In this document: positions 42,411 to 52,184 of the stretch, in pieces
Layout: each line of letters opens with the position of its first letter
Position numbering within the stretch: position 1 is the stretch's first letter
NCBI GenBank assembly: GCA_963781885.1
Contig: CAWAHW010000002.1
Span: forward strand, 64,001 to 128,000
Length of the DNA: 64,000 nt
Direction of reading: 5' to 3'
Source of the DNA: an uncultured Spirochaetota bacterium
GTDB taxonomy: Bacteria > Spirochaetota > Spirochaetia > SZUA-6 > Fen-1364
Program-made: the position numbers and the translations under genes
Notes under the pieces: model-generated
Seen by the model: the letters and a program-made list of their open reading frames with translations, nothing else
What the model was told of the DNA's origin: nothing
Database searches by the model: none

Positions 42411-43436
42411 ATGACAGGAAAGACTCTCTCCGAGCTCGCCCATGCGGCGTTCCGCGAGAAGCGCCGGCTCGTCGCTCCCCTGATGGGCTTCCCGGGCGTG
42501 GAGATGATCGGCAGCACGATCAAGCTCGCGCAGCAGAACTTCGGGGAGCATTACAAGGCTGTCCGCGCGCTCGTGGACGCCTTTCATCCCGACCTCGTTT
42601 TTCCCCTCATGGATCTTTCCGTGGAGGCCAATGCGCTGGGCCGCTACACGGTGTTCCCGCGCGGGGAATCCGCCACGGTCCCCAAGGACGTCTTCTCCTT
42701 TGACGAGCTGGACAAGCTCAGCCGGATCAATATCACGTTCGACAGCCGGCTCATGGGCTTCGTCGAGACGCTCCGGCTGATGAGCGTGAGCCTGCCGGCC
42801 GACGTGCTGCGCGGTGCCTACGTCGTCGGTCCGTTCACGCTGGCCGCGCTGATGATGGGCGCGGACGACACCGTCATGTCCACGCTGCTCGACCCGGACG
42901 GCCTCCACCGGCTGTGCCATTTCACGACGGAGAAGATCCAGGAATACGTCCAGCTCCTGCTCGCGGCGGGCGCGGACGTCATCTGCATCCTGGAACCCTC
43001 CGCGGTCATGCTGAGCCCCGCGCAGTTCTCGGAGTTCTCGGCGATCTACATCCGGCACATCACGACGAGCTTCAAGTACTCCCGGGCCAATTTCGTCTAC
43101 CACACCTGCGGGAACACGATGCACCTGATCGAGAAGATGGCCCGCGCGGGCGTTCACGGCGTCAGTCTCGATTCCGCCGACATGGGCGTCGACCTTCCAA
43201 AGGCCGCCGCGTGCGTCCCGCGGGACGTCGTCGTGATCGGCAATATCAGCCCGGCCACGACGATGCGCTTCGGCACGCCCGACGATGTGCGGCGAGAGGT
43301 GAGGTCCCTCCTGCGGGAAATGGAGCCGTACCCCAATTTCGTCCTGAGCACCGGGTGCGATCTGCCGCAGGAGACACCAATCGCGAATATTCGCGCTTTC
43401 ATGGAGGTCGGCAGGGCCGGTATCGGCAGCGCTTGA
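42411..43436 (+). CDS. MtaA/CmuA-family methylcobamide methyltransferase (UroD fold)
   Basis: DLSVEANALG, GPFTLA, Zn ligands HTCG and STGC intact. Confidence 0.88.
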   Translation: MTGKTLSELAHAAFREKRRLVAPLMGFPGVEMIGSTIKLAQQNFGEHYKAVRALVDAFHPDLVFPLMDLSVEANALGRYTVFPRGESATVPKDVFSFDELDKLSRINITFDSRLMGFVETLRLMSVSLPADVLRGAYVVGPFTLAALMMGADDTVMSTLLDPDGLHRLCHFTTEKIQEYVQLLLAAGADVICILEPSAVMLSPAQFSEFSAIYIRHITTSFKYSRANFVYHTCGNTMHLIEKMARAGVHGVSLDSADMGVDLPKAAACVPRDVVVIGNISPATTMRFGTPDDVRREVRSLLREMEPYPNFVLSTGCDLPQETPIANIRAFMEVGRAGIGSA

Positions 43437-43503
43437 CCGGATGGACATTTTAGGACATCCTCCCTTTGCTGTCCGTTCGTGAGACAAGAAAGCGCGCACA
43501 TCC

Positions 43504-44201
43504 ATGCAAGTCGACGTCAAGGAAGCAGCACGGCTGCTCTCGGTATCTGAAAAGACCATCTACAGATGGATCAGGCAGGGGATCTCCCTGCCTATCGCAT
43601 CGGCGACCTCTATCGCTTCAACCGCACGGAGCTGCTGGAATGGGCAACGGCGCGCCGTGTCGGGGTGTCGCCCGAGATATTCGACGATGGAGCAGCCGGA
43701 CCGGGCGAGCTGCCGGGCATCGAGGATGCCATAAAGGCCGGCGGCATCCATTACCGGGTGGCAGGGGCGACAAAGACCGATGTCCTTGCGGCCGTGGTGG
43801 AGCTCATGAACCTGCCCGAGGAGGTCGACCGGAAATTCCTTCTGGATGTGATCCTGGCCCGGGAGTCGCTGGGATCCACCGGCTTCGGCGGCGGCATCGC
43901 AATCCCCCACGTGCGCAACCCCATCGTCCTGCATATCCCGCGGCCCATGATCACGCTCTGTTTCCTTGAATCGCCGGTTGAGTTCGACGCGATCGACGGG
44001 AAGCCGGTGCATACGCTTTTCACGCTCGTGAGCCCCACGGTGCGCGCGCACCTCCACCTTCTTTCGCGCCTCACCTTCGGGCTGCGGCTCCCCGAGTTCA
44101 GCGGCCCCGTGGGTGAGAAGGCGGCGCGCGCCGCGCTCCTGGCCGGGGCGCACTTCGTGGACCGTTCGGCGCGGCCGCTTGCAGGCATCGCCCCGGGATG
44201 A
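43504..44201 (+). CDS. Excisionase-like HTH-PTS EIIA(Ntr) fusion regulator (frameshift near 43580)
   Basis: VKEAARLLSVSEKTIYRW...YRFNR HTH; RESLGSTGFGGGIAIPH EIIA. Confidence 0.85.
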
Positions 44202-46197
44202 CCATCCTCCTCCTGCTGCCGATCGCTCTCTTCATCCTCTTCGGCTTGATCTCGCTCCTGGCATCCCGGCTGCCCCGTGTTTCACACCTTGTCGGATGGC
44301 TCGGGGCCTTCGCGGCGGGCGCTCTCGGGCTTTCCCTGACGATCGTGAGCCTCGTGCGCGGGGACAGCACGGCAATCAGCGTTCCGTGGAACCCGGTGAT
44401 CGGCTCCTCTTTCGCGGTCGGCTTCGACCCTCTCAGCGGCTTTTTCCTGCTTCCCGTCTACGGCCTTTCGGCCGTGTGCGCCCTCTTTGGCGCAGGCTAC
44501 ATGGCTCATTCCCCGCGCGGCCGCGGGGCGCACTGGCTCTTCTACGGGCTCCTCGCCGCGAGCATGGCGATGGCGGTGCTGGCCCGCAATGCCGTTCTCT
44601 TTCTCATGGCATGGGAGGTGATGGCTCTCTCATCGTGGCTCCTCGTGACCCACGAGCACGAAACGGAAGAGGTGCGGCAGGCGGGCATCACCTATCTTGT
44701 CGCCACGCAGATCGGCACCGCCTTCCTCCTCGTGATGTTCCTCGTGCTGGGGCGATTCGGCTTCACCGACACGGGCGCCGAGGCGGCGCTCGACTTCTCC
44801 CGGTTCACGGGCATGGGCGGTCCCGTCGCCGCGGCGGTCTTCGTGCTCGCGCTGGTGGGATTCGGCACGAAGGCCGGCATCGTGCCGCTGCACGTCTGGC
44901 TGCCCGAGGCGCACCCGGCCGCGCCGTCGCACGTGAGCGCGCTCATGAGCGGCGTGATGATCAAGACCGGCATCTACGGCCTGCTGCGCGTTCTCTCCTT
45001 TCTCGGCTTTCCCCGGCCTGGTGGGGCTGGACGCTCGTGGCCGTCGGGTGCGTGTCCGGCATCATGGGAGTGCTCTTTGCCCTTGCCCAGCACGACATCA
45101 AAAGGCTCCTTGCCTACCACAGCGTGGAAAACATCGGCATCATCTGCCTGGGCCTCGGCGTCGGCCTGCTCGGAACGGCCTATGGCGCCCCGGCAATCGC
45201 CGCGCTCGGGTACGCGGGCGCGCTCCTGCACGTCCTGAACCACGCCCTTTTCAAGGGCCTGCTCTTTCTCGGCGCCGGGGCCGTGGCGCATGCGGCAGGC
45301 ACCCGGGAGATGGACCGTCTGGGCGGCCTCCTGAAACGCATGCCGCTCACGGGCACGGCGTTTCTCGTCGGTGCCGCCGCGATTTGCGGGCTGCCGCCGC
45401 TCAACGGCTTCGTGAGCGAGCTGCTGGTCTTTTCCGGCGCCTATCGGGCAGTGGCGGCCGGGCCGGTGGCGCAGGCAGTCGTGTGCGGGGCCGTGGTGGC
45501 CGCGCTTGCCCTGATCGGCGGTCTGGCCGCGGCCTGTTTCACGAAGGCATTCGGCATCATGTACCTTGGCGAGCCGCGCACGCCGGCGGCGGCCGCGGCG
45601 ACGGAAGCGCGGCCCACGATGACGGCAGCCATGGCCGCGCTCGCTGTCTGCTGTGTCGGGCTGGGCCTCCTGGGGACGCGCGCCGTGTGGGCCGTCGCCC
45701 CTCTTGCCGCGGCGGCCGCCGGCATGGCACCCGACGCGGTCGTTGCGGCGCTCGGGCCTGCCGCGGCCGGTCTGGCCGGCGTGACCGCTGCCGCCGGGGT
45801 GCTCGTCGGCATCGTCGCGCTGCTCGTTCTTCTTCGCGCGATCCTGCAGGCCCGCAGGGCGAAGAGTCGCGCCGGCACCTGGGACTGCGGCTACGTGAAG
45901 CCGACCGCGCGCATGCAGTACACGTCCTCATCATTCGCGCAGCCGCTCACCGGCACATTCGGCGCCGTCCTTGGCACCCGCAAGGACTGGACCCCGCCCG
46001 CATCGCCATTTCCCACGCACGCCGAGTATGCGACACACACGCCCGACGTCTTTGCGCAGGGGGTGTACCGACCGGCTTTCAAGGGCATCGGCGCACTCCT
46101 GTCGCGCGTGAGCTGGCTCCAGCACGGAAGGCTCCAGCTTTACGTCCTCTATATCGCCGCGGCGATGATCGTCCTCCTGGTCTGGAGGTTGGGATAG
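44198..46197 (+). CDS. HyfB/NuoL-like proton-translocating membrane subunit (frameshift near 45010)
   Basis: WEVMALSS, GFGTKAGIVPLHVWLPEAHPAAPSHVSALMSG, LLAYHSVENIG, NHALFK, TWDCGY. Confidence 0.9.
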
Positions 46198-46200
46198 GCC

Positions 46201-47097
46201 ATGGACGCTCCCGGCATCGCCATACTCCAGCTCATCATTCCCTTCCTCCTTGCCCCGCTCCTGCCGGGCATCATCAACAGGACAAAGGCGGTCATGGCGG
46301 GCAGGCACGGGCAGCCGCTCCTGCAGACCTGGTACGACGTCGCCAAGCTGCTGGGCAAGGGCGCGGTGTACAGCCGCACGACGAGCTGGCTCTTTCGCGC
46401 GGGTCCCGCCGTGGGGCTCGCCGCGACCGGCCTGGCGCTCGCCATCGTGCCCTGGGCCGGGTCGACCGCGCTCCTTTCATTCGACGGTGACGTCGTGCTC
46501 TTCGGCGGGCTCCTGGGGCTGGGCAGGTTTGCGACGATACTTGCCGCGCTGGATACCGGCTCCGCGTTCGAAGGAATGGGGGCAAGCCGCGAGGCGTGGT
46601 TCGGCTCACTCGGCGAGCCCGCCCTCTTTCTCGCCCTTGCCGCTGCCGCCCGCGGCGCCGGGAGCATTTCCCTGTCATCCGTGGCCGGGGCACCGGCGAA
46701 CGCGGCGCTGCTGCTGGCCGCGGGTGCGGTCTTTGTCGTCTACCTGGCGGAGAACGCCCGCATACCCGTGGACGATCCGACGACGCACCTGGAGCTCACG
46801 ATGGTCCACGAGGTGATGGTCCTGGACCACGGCGGCGTGGACCTCGCCTACATCCAGTATGGCGCGTCCCTGAAGCTCTGGGTCATCGGCGGGCTTTTCG
46901 TGTCGCTTCTCGCGCCGCGGACGGGGCAGTGGATGGCCGACACGGCCATCGGCCTGGGCGGCATGGCGTGCGTCGCGGCGGCCACGGGCGTCATCGAATC
47001 GATCATGGCGCGCCTCCCCCTGGGACGGGTGCCGCAGCTCCTCGTGGCCGCCATCGCGATGGCCGCCCTTGCCCTGGCGCTGGCACTGGTGAGGTGA
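46201..47097 (+). CDS. HyfC/HycD (NuoH-like) membrane subunit
   Basis: GR.GQPLLQ, FEGMGASRE, AENARIPVD, HLELTMVHE. Confidence 0.9.
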   Translation: MDAPGIAILQLIIPFLLAPLLPGIINRTKAVMAGRHGQPLLQTWYDVAKLLGKGAVYSRTTSWLFRAGPAVGLAATGLALAIVPWAGSTALLSFDGDVVLFGGLLGLGRFATILAALDTGSAFEGMGASREAWFGSLGEPALFLALAAAARGAGSISLSSVAGAPANAALLLAAGAVFVVYLAENARIPVDDPTTHLELTMVHEVMVLDHGGVDLAYIQYGASLKLWVIGGLFVSLLAPRTGQWMADTAIGLGGMACVAAATGVIESIMARLPLGRVPQLLVAAIAMAALALALALVR

Positions 47098-47099
47098 CG

Positions 47100-47750
47100 A
47101 TGCAGATCTGGGTCGACGCCTTTCTCGTCCTCCTGATGCTCACCAACCTCTGGCTGCTGGGATCCAGCCGGCTCCTGTCCTGCATCGCCGCGGTCTCCGT
47201 GCAGGGCGTGCTTCTGGGCGCTCTTCCGCTCCTGGTCCGCATCGACGCGCCGCTCTGGAGGCTCATTCTCCAGGCGGGCATCAGCCTCGGGCTCAAAGGC
47301 ATCATTTTCCCCCTGCTTCTCCTGCGCGCCGTGCGCTCCGTGGATGCCCGGCGCGAGATGGAGCCCTTCGTCGGCTACTCCGCGTCGCTCCTGATCGGCG
47401 TGGCGCTTCTCGCCGGATCGTTGTTCGTCGGCGCGCGGCTGGAGCTTCCCGGGGCGGCGCCGCTCCTGCTCGTGCCGGCCGCGCTTTTCACGGCCCTCAC
47501 GGGGCTGTTCGTCATCGCAAGCCGCAAGTCGGCCATCGTCCAGGTGCTCGCCTATCTCGCGATGGAGAACGGCATTGCCGCATTCGGGCTCGCCCTGGCC
47601 GAGCAGGAGCCGCTCCTCGTGGAGATGGGCACATTCCTCGACGCGTTCGTCGCGGTCTTCGTCATGGGCATCACGATCTTCCACATCAACCGGGAATTCG
47701 ATCATATCGATTCGGACCGGCTCTCCTCCCTGAAGGATTCACCCCGATGA
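47100..47750 (+). CDS. HyfE-like membrane subunit
   Basis: Hydrophobic; QG, YLAMENGI, VEMG..LD motifs. Confidence 0.85.
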   Translation: MQIWVDAFLVLLMLTNLWLLGSSRLLSCIAAVSVQGVLLGALPLLVRIDAPLWRLILQAGISLGLKGIIFPLLLLRAVRSVDARREMEPFVGYSASLLIGVALLAGSLFVGARLELPGAAPLLLVPAALFTALTGLFVIASRKSAIVQVLAYLAMENGIAAFGLALAEQEPLLVEMGTFLDAFVAVFVMGITIFHINREFDHIDSDRLSSLKDSPR

Positions 47751-49276
47751 TCCTCGCTCTCGTTCTCGTGCCGGCCTGCGCCGCGGTGGCGGCCTTCTTC
47801 ATCCGCTCCCACGCTGTCCGCCGCGTCCTCCTCGTGGCGGTGGCCGTGGTCCACGCGGGTCTCACTACGCTGCTCTGGATCGATCCCTCCTGGTTCCCGC
47901 CCGTGGGCGCGTGGCTTGCCATCGATCCGCTGGGCATGCTGTTCCTGGGTATCGCCAGCCTTCTTTTCCTGGCCGTTTCTGTCTCTGCCGTCGGGTTCCT
48001 GCGCGCGGAGAGCGGCTCCACGCGGGCCGATCCCGAGGAAGGCTTCCTCTTCGACAACACGCCGGAAGCGCTTTTCACGGCGTGTCTCCTCGGCTTTCTT
48101 GCCGCCATGTCGCTGGTCACCGCGAGCCGGCACTTCGGCCTGCTCTGGGTCGCCATCGAGGCGACGACGCTCGTGAGCGCGCCCCTCATCCACTACCACC
48201 GGCATCATCGATCGCTGGAGGCGACGTGGAAGTACCTGCTGCTCTGCTCGGTGGGCATCGCCGTGGCGCTCCTGGGCACATACTTCCTTGCGGCAGCAGT
48301 GCCCCGAGGCGCAGGGGGCGCAACGACCCTGACCTTCGCGGGTCTCATCCAGGGCGCCGCAAGCCTCAATCCCCGATGGCTGCAGGCCGCATTCCTCCTC
48401 ATGCTGGTCGGCTATGGCACCAAAATGGGTCTCGCCCCGCTCCACGCCTGGCTCCCGGATGCGCACAGCGAGGCACCCTCGGTCGTCTCTGCGCTCCTCT
48501 CCGGCGCGCTTCTGAACTGCGCGTTCCTGGCGATCCTGCGCATCCTTTCGGTGTGCAATGCAGCGGGGCTGGGCGCGTGGAGCCGGCAGAGTTTGCTCGT
48601 GATGGGTCTCGTCTCCATGGCCGTCGCCGCGGGGCTCATCATCGGCCAGCGCGACTATAAGCGGATGCTCGCCTATTCGAGCGTCGAGCACATGGGCATA
48701 CTCGCCGTGGGCGTGGGTCTGGGCGGCGTCGGCGATTGGGGGGCGCTCTTTCACGCGGTGAACCACTCCCTCACGAAAGCGGCGCTTTTCCTCCTGGCAG
48801 GCAACATCCTCGCGGCGTACGGCACGAAGAAGTCCGGCGAGGTGGGCGGCGCCTTGCGGAGCCTTCCAGTCACGGGCGCGCTCTGGATCGCGGGCTTCTT
48901 CGCGATCGTCGGCGCCCCGCCCTTCGGCGCCTTTACGAGCGAGCTCGCCATTCTTCGCGCCGCCGTTGCGTCCGGGTCCTGGCTGGTCGTCTGCCTTTAC
49001 TCGGTGCTCCTCGCCGCGATATTTGCGGGCATGATGAGCGTGCTCGTTCGCATGGCGCAGGGCGACCGGGCAGCGGTACCCGTCGTCGTTGGCGCAGGCG
49101 GCGCGGTCGCGGTGGTCGGCGGCCCGACATCGCCCGCGGCGCGCGTGCGGGAGCCGGTGTTGTCGATCGCGGCACCGCTCGGTCTTCTGGTCCTGACGAC
49201 GGCGCTTGGGCTCGTCGTGCCGGGCTTCCTCGACAACGTGCTGCGGGAGGCCGCCCGCATCCTGGGGGGCTCATGA
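47747..49276 (+). CDS. HyfF (NuoM/N-like) membrane subunit
   Basis: WVAIEATT, EATWKY, GYGTKMGLAPLHAWLPDAHSEAP, KRMLAYSSVEHMG. Confidence 0.9.
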   Translation: MILALVLVPACAAVAAFFIRSHAVRRVLLVAVAVVHAGLTTLLWIDPSWFPPVGAWLAIDPLGMLFLGIASLLFLAVSVSAVGFLRAESGSTRADPEEGFLFDNTPEALFTACLLGFLAAMSLVTASRHFGLLWVAIEATTLVSAPLIHYHRHHRSLEATWKYLLLCSVGIAVALLGTYFLAAAVPRGAGGATTLTFAGLIQGAASLNPRWLQAAFLLMLVGYGTKMGLAPLHAWLPDAHSEAPSVVSALLSGALLNCAFLAILRILSVCNAAGLGAWSRQSLLVMGLVSMAVAAGLIIGQRDYKRMLAYSSVEHMGILAVGVGLGGVGDWGALFHAVNHSLTKAALFLLAGNILAAYGTKKSGEVGGALRSLPVTGALWIAGFFAIVGAPPFGAFTSELAILRAAVASGSWLVVCLYSVLLAAIFAGMMSVLVRMAQGDRAAVPVVVGAGGAVAVVGGPTSPAARVREPVLSIAAPLGLLVLTTALGLVVPGFLDNVLREAARILGGS

Positions 49277-50793
49277 GCAGGGCATTCTTTCTCGACCTGC
49301 GCAACCCCGCGGCCTCCGAGCTCGCCCGGGTTCCCCGCATCCCGCTGGAGACGTTCCGGCGGAGCATCATCCATGACGTGGAGAGCGGGGCGGAGATTGC
49401 CTCCTTCTTTGCACTGCCCCGTGCAGGAGGCGGGAAGGGCGGCTTTCTCCTGGTCGTGCTGCTCGCCGACCATGAGACGGGCACCGTGCGGTGCGCGACG
49501 ACGGTCGTGGAAGATTCCTGGCCTTCCCTCACCGCGGAGGGATGCACGGCCGCGCACTGGTTCGAGCGCGAGATGGCCGAGCAGTGGCGGATCACACCGA
49601 CCGGCCATCCGTGGTTGAAGCCGCTTCGGTTCCAGCCGCCGATGGAAGGGGCGCTTCCCGGTGACCCGCCCCCAGAGATCGGCGATGCCGGCTTCTTCCG
49701 CGTGGACGGCGAGGAGGTGCACGAGGTCGCCGTCGGTCCCGTGCATGCCGGCGTCATCGAGCCGGGCCACTTCCGCTTCCAGTGCCACGGGGAGACCGTG
49801 CTCCACCTGGAGATATCGCTGGGCTACCAGCACCGCGGCATCGAGCGCGCACTCGCCGCCGGTCCCGACCTGCGTTCCATCCATTATGCCGAGACACTGG
49901 CCGGGGACACGTCCATCGGCCATGCCATCGCGTACGCCGAGCTCGTTGAATCACTCGCGGGCGTCCGTGTCCCGGCCCGGGCGCACGCCATCCGGGCAGT
50001 GGCGCTGGAGCTGGAGCGCATTGCCAATCACATCGGCGACCTGGGAGCCCTCGCCGGCGACATCGGTTTCCTCCCCACCTCCGCGTGGTGCGGAAGGATT
50101 CGGGGCGATGTCCTCAACATGACCGCCCGCATCTGCGGCAGCCGGTTCGGCCGGGGCCTCGTGCGGCCGGGGGGTGTTGCCTCCGACATGGACGATGCCA
50201 TGGTCGCGGAGCTTTCCGCGCAGCTTTCGCGGTGCGCCCGTGACGCCCAGGGCGCCTGCGGGCTGCTCTGGACCACCCCGTCGGTGCTCGCGCGCTTCGA
50301 GGGAACGGGTGCGCTCACCCGCGCGACCGCGCTCGGCATCGGCCTCACGGGACCGGCGGCGCGCGCGTGCGACATCGACCGTGACATTCGCCGCGATCAT
50401 CCCTCGGGCATCTGGCGCTTTTCCCAGGTGCCGGTGTCCACCGGGCGGACGGGCGACGTCTCTGCGCGCGCATTCGTACGGTGGCTGGAAATACAACGGT
50501 CTTTCGCCTTCATCGCGGAGCAGCTCGCCACGCTGCCCGGGGGCGACGTGAGCGCCCGGGTGGGCACCCTGCGGCGGAACGCGCTTGCCGTGAGCCTCGT
50601 GGAAGGATGGCGCGGCGCGATCTGCCATGCCGCGATCACCGACAGCCGCGGCACCTTCCTGCGCTACAAGGTCGTCGACCCGTCATTCCGCAACTGGTTC
50701 GGGCTTGCCCTTGCCATGCGGGGACAGCAGGTGTCGGATTTCCCCCTCTGCAACAAGAGCTTCAATCTCTCCTATTGCGGGACCGACCTGTGA
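49273..50793 (+). CDS. Hydrogenase-4/complex I NuoCD-like large subunit lacking NiFe ligands (Ehr large subunit)
   Basis: FERE, VGPVHAGVIEPGHFRF, LGYQHRG; ETLAGDT in place of RxCGxC, DFPLCNKSFNLSY in place of DPCxxC. Confidence 0.88.
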   Translation: MSRAFFLDLRNPAASELARVPRIPLETFRRSIIHDVESGAEIASFFALPRAGGGKGGFLLVVLLADHETGTVRCATTVVEDSWPSLTAEGCTAAHWFEREMAEQWRITPTGHPWLKPLRFQPPMEGALPGDPPPEIGDAGFFRVDGEEVHEVAVGPVHAGVIEPGHFRFQCHGETVLHLEISLGYQHRGIERALAAGPDLRSIHYAETLAGDTSIGHAIAYAELVESLAGVRVPARAHAIRAVALELERIANHIGDLGALAGDIGFLPTSAWCGRIRGDVLNMTARICGSRFGRGLVRPGGVASDMDDAMVAELSAQLSRCARDAQGACGLLWTTPSVLARFEGTGALTRATALGIGLTGPAARACDIDRDIRRDHPSGIWRFSQVPVSTGRTGDVSARAFVRWLEIQRSFAFIAEQLATLPGGDVSARVGTLRRNALAVSLVEGWRGAICHAAITDSRGTFLRYKVVDPSFRNWFGLALAMRGQQVSDFPLCNKSFNLSYCGTDL

Positions 50794-50803
50794 GGGAGGC
50801 AGG

Positions 50804-51568
50804 ATGCTGAGGATCATCAGGGAAAGGCTTCACCAGGGATACCGCACCATACGCTATCCCCGGGGAAAGGCTCCCGAGCTGCCGGAGCGCTTCCGCGGCC
50901 TGCCCGTGGTCGACCCGGACAAGTGCGTCGGCGACTGCACCGACTGCCGTGACGCCTGCCCGACCGGCGCGATTTCACTCGATGCCGACCGCAGGCTTGT
51001 GCTGGACATGGGCCGGTGCATCTTCTGCGGCGCCTGCGAAGCGGCTTGTCCGCAGGGTGCGATCAGGTTCACGCGCGACTACCGTCTGGCGGCGCGCCGC
51101 CGCGCCGATCTTGTTGTCGGCGCCGAAGGCTTCAGCCGGGCGGAGGCCCTTGCGGCGCGGCTGCGCCGGATGCTGGGAAGATCACTCCGACTGCGCCAGG
51201 TGAGCGCGGGCGGCTGCGGCGCCTGCGAGGCGGACGCGAACGTCCTCTCCACCGTGGGATGGGACATGGGGAGGTTCGGCATCCAGTTTGTCGCCTCACC
51301 GCGGCATGCCGACGGTCTCCTGGTGACGGGTCCGGTGACGAAGAACATGCGCCTGGCTCTGGAAAAGACCTGGGAAGCTGTGCCGGAGCCGAAGATACTC
51401 ATCGCCTCAGGCTCCTGCGCCATCTCCGGCGGCATCTTTGCCGGGGCGTCCGAGACGTCGGACGGCGTTGGCAGCATTCTCCCCGTGGATCTCTACGTGC
51501 CCGGATGTCCTCCGCATCCCCTGACACTTCTTGATGCACTTTTACGCCTTTTAGGGAGAATCCCTTGA
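50804..51568 (+). CDS. 2x[4Fe-4S] ferredoxin-NuoB/HyfI fusion (Ehr small subunit)
   Basis: CVGDCTDCRDACP and CIFCGACEAACP; GGCGACE, SPRHADG, GSCAISGG, PGCPP. Confidence 0.9.
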   Translation: MLRIIRERLHQGYRTIRYPRGKAPELPERFRGLPVVDPDKCVGDCTDCRDACPTGAISLDADRRLVLDMGRCIFCGACEAACPQGAIRFTRDYRLAARRRADLVVGAEGFSRAEALAARLRRMLGRSLRLRQVSAGGCGACEADANVLSTVGWDMGRFGIQFVASPRHADGLLVTGPVTKNMRLALEKTWEAVPEPKILIASGSCAISGGIFAGASETSDGVGSILPVDLYVPGCPPHPLTLLDALLRLLGRIP

Positions 51569-51630
51569 CGTTCTCCTTCTAATGGGTTAGATTAACCTAT
51601 AATAACTTATCATAGGTTAATATAACCTAT
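51565..51630 (+). promoter_or_regulatory. Sigma70 promoter TTGACG-N17-TAGATT overlapped by two palindromic operator boxes AT(A/G)GGTTA-N3-TAACCTAT (51582-51600, 51612-51630)
   Basis: Read directly; AT-rich island in high-GC DNA immediately upstream of padR. Confidence 0.8.
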
Positions 51631-51647
51631 TGGAAGGGGATGACAAT

Positions 51648-52184
51648 TTGACTACGGACATCATCATATTGGCACTTCTCAATCGCTGCCCCCGATACGG
51701 ATATGAAATCAAGAAACACGTATCCCAGATCATGCGGCGTCAGACCAGCATGAACAACAACATCCTCTATCCTGCCCTTCATCGGCTGGAGGAGATGGGT
51801 GCCGTCCGATCCGAGATACAGGAGCAGGAGGGAAAGCCGAGCAGGCACGTGTACAGCCTCGCGCCCGCAGGGGCGGAAATACTCCGCGACCTGGTCGGGC
51901 AGTTCGACGAGGTAGAAGCGGCAAAGGACGATGAGTTCCAGGTCAGGCTCGCTTTCTTCGACCTGCTGGAAGACCCGGAAAAGACGCGCATCCTCGCGCT
52001 GCGGCGGAAGGTCCTCGAGCAGAGGCTGGAGCATCGCCGCACGATACACGGCGACTATGCGCAGGATTACGACTCCCCCTGGGTGAGACGCCTCATGGCG
52101 TTCGAGGAGAAGCGGCTCGTTGAAGAGATCGCCTGGGTCCAGGAGCTGGCCGGAGCCGTGGCATCGGCGGGGGGTGCGGCATGA
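51648..52184 (+). CDS. PadR-family transcriptional regulator
   Basis: ILALL..PRYGYEI, LYPALHRLE..G, YSL...G. Confidence 0.9.
   Translation: MTTDIIILALLNRCPRYGYEIKKHVSQIMRRQTSMNNNILYPALHRLEEMGAVRSEIQEQEGKPSRHVYSLAPAGAEILRDLVGQFDEVEAAKDDEFQVRLAFFDLLEDPEKTRILALRRKVLEQRLEHRRTIHGDYAQDYDSPWVRRLMAFEEKRLVEEIAWVQELAGAVASAGGAA

Noticed and set aside
41664-43436. 590-aa corrinoid-methyltransferase fusion (CmuA-like)
   Set aside because: The corrinoid gene is in another frame with its own stop at 42354, and the methyltransferase has its own GGAGG RBS and ATG at 42411
43504-43734. Excisionase of an integrated element
   Set aside because: The HTH continues, after a frameshift, into a PTS EIIA domain; no integrase or att site was seen
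44198-51568. Genuine [NiFe] hydrogenase-4 / formate hydrogenlyase
   Set aside because: The large subunit lacks both Ni-binding CxxC motifs and there are no hyp, protease or fdh genes
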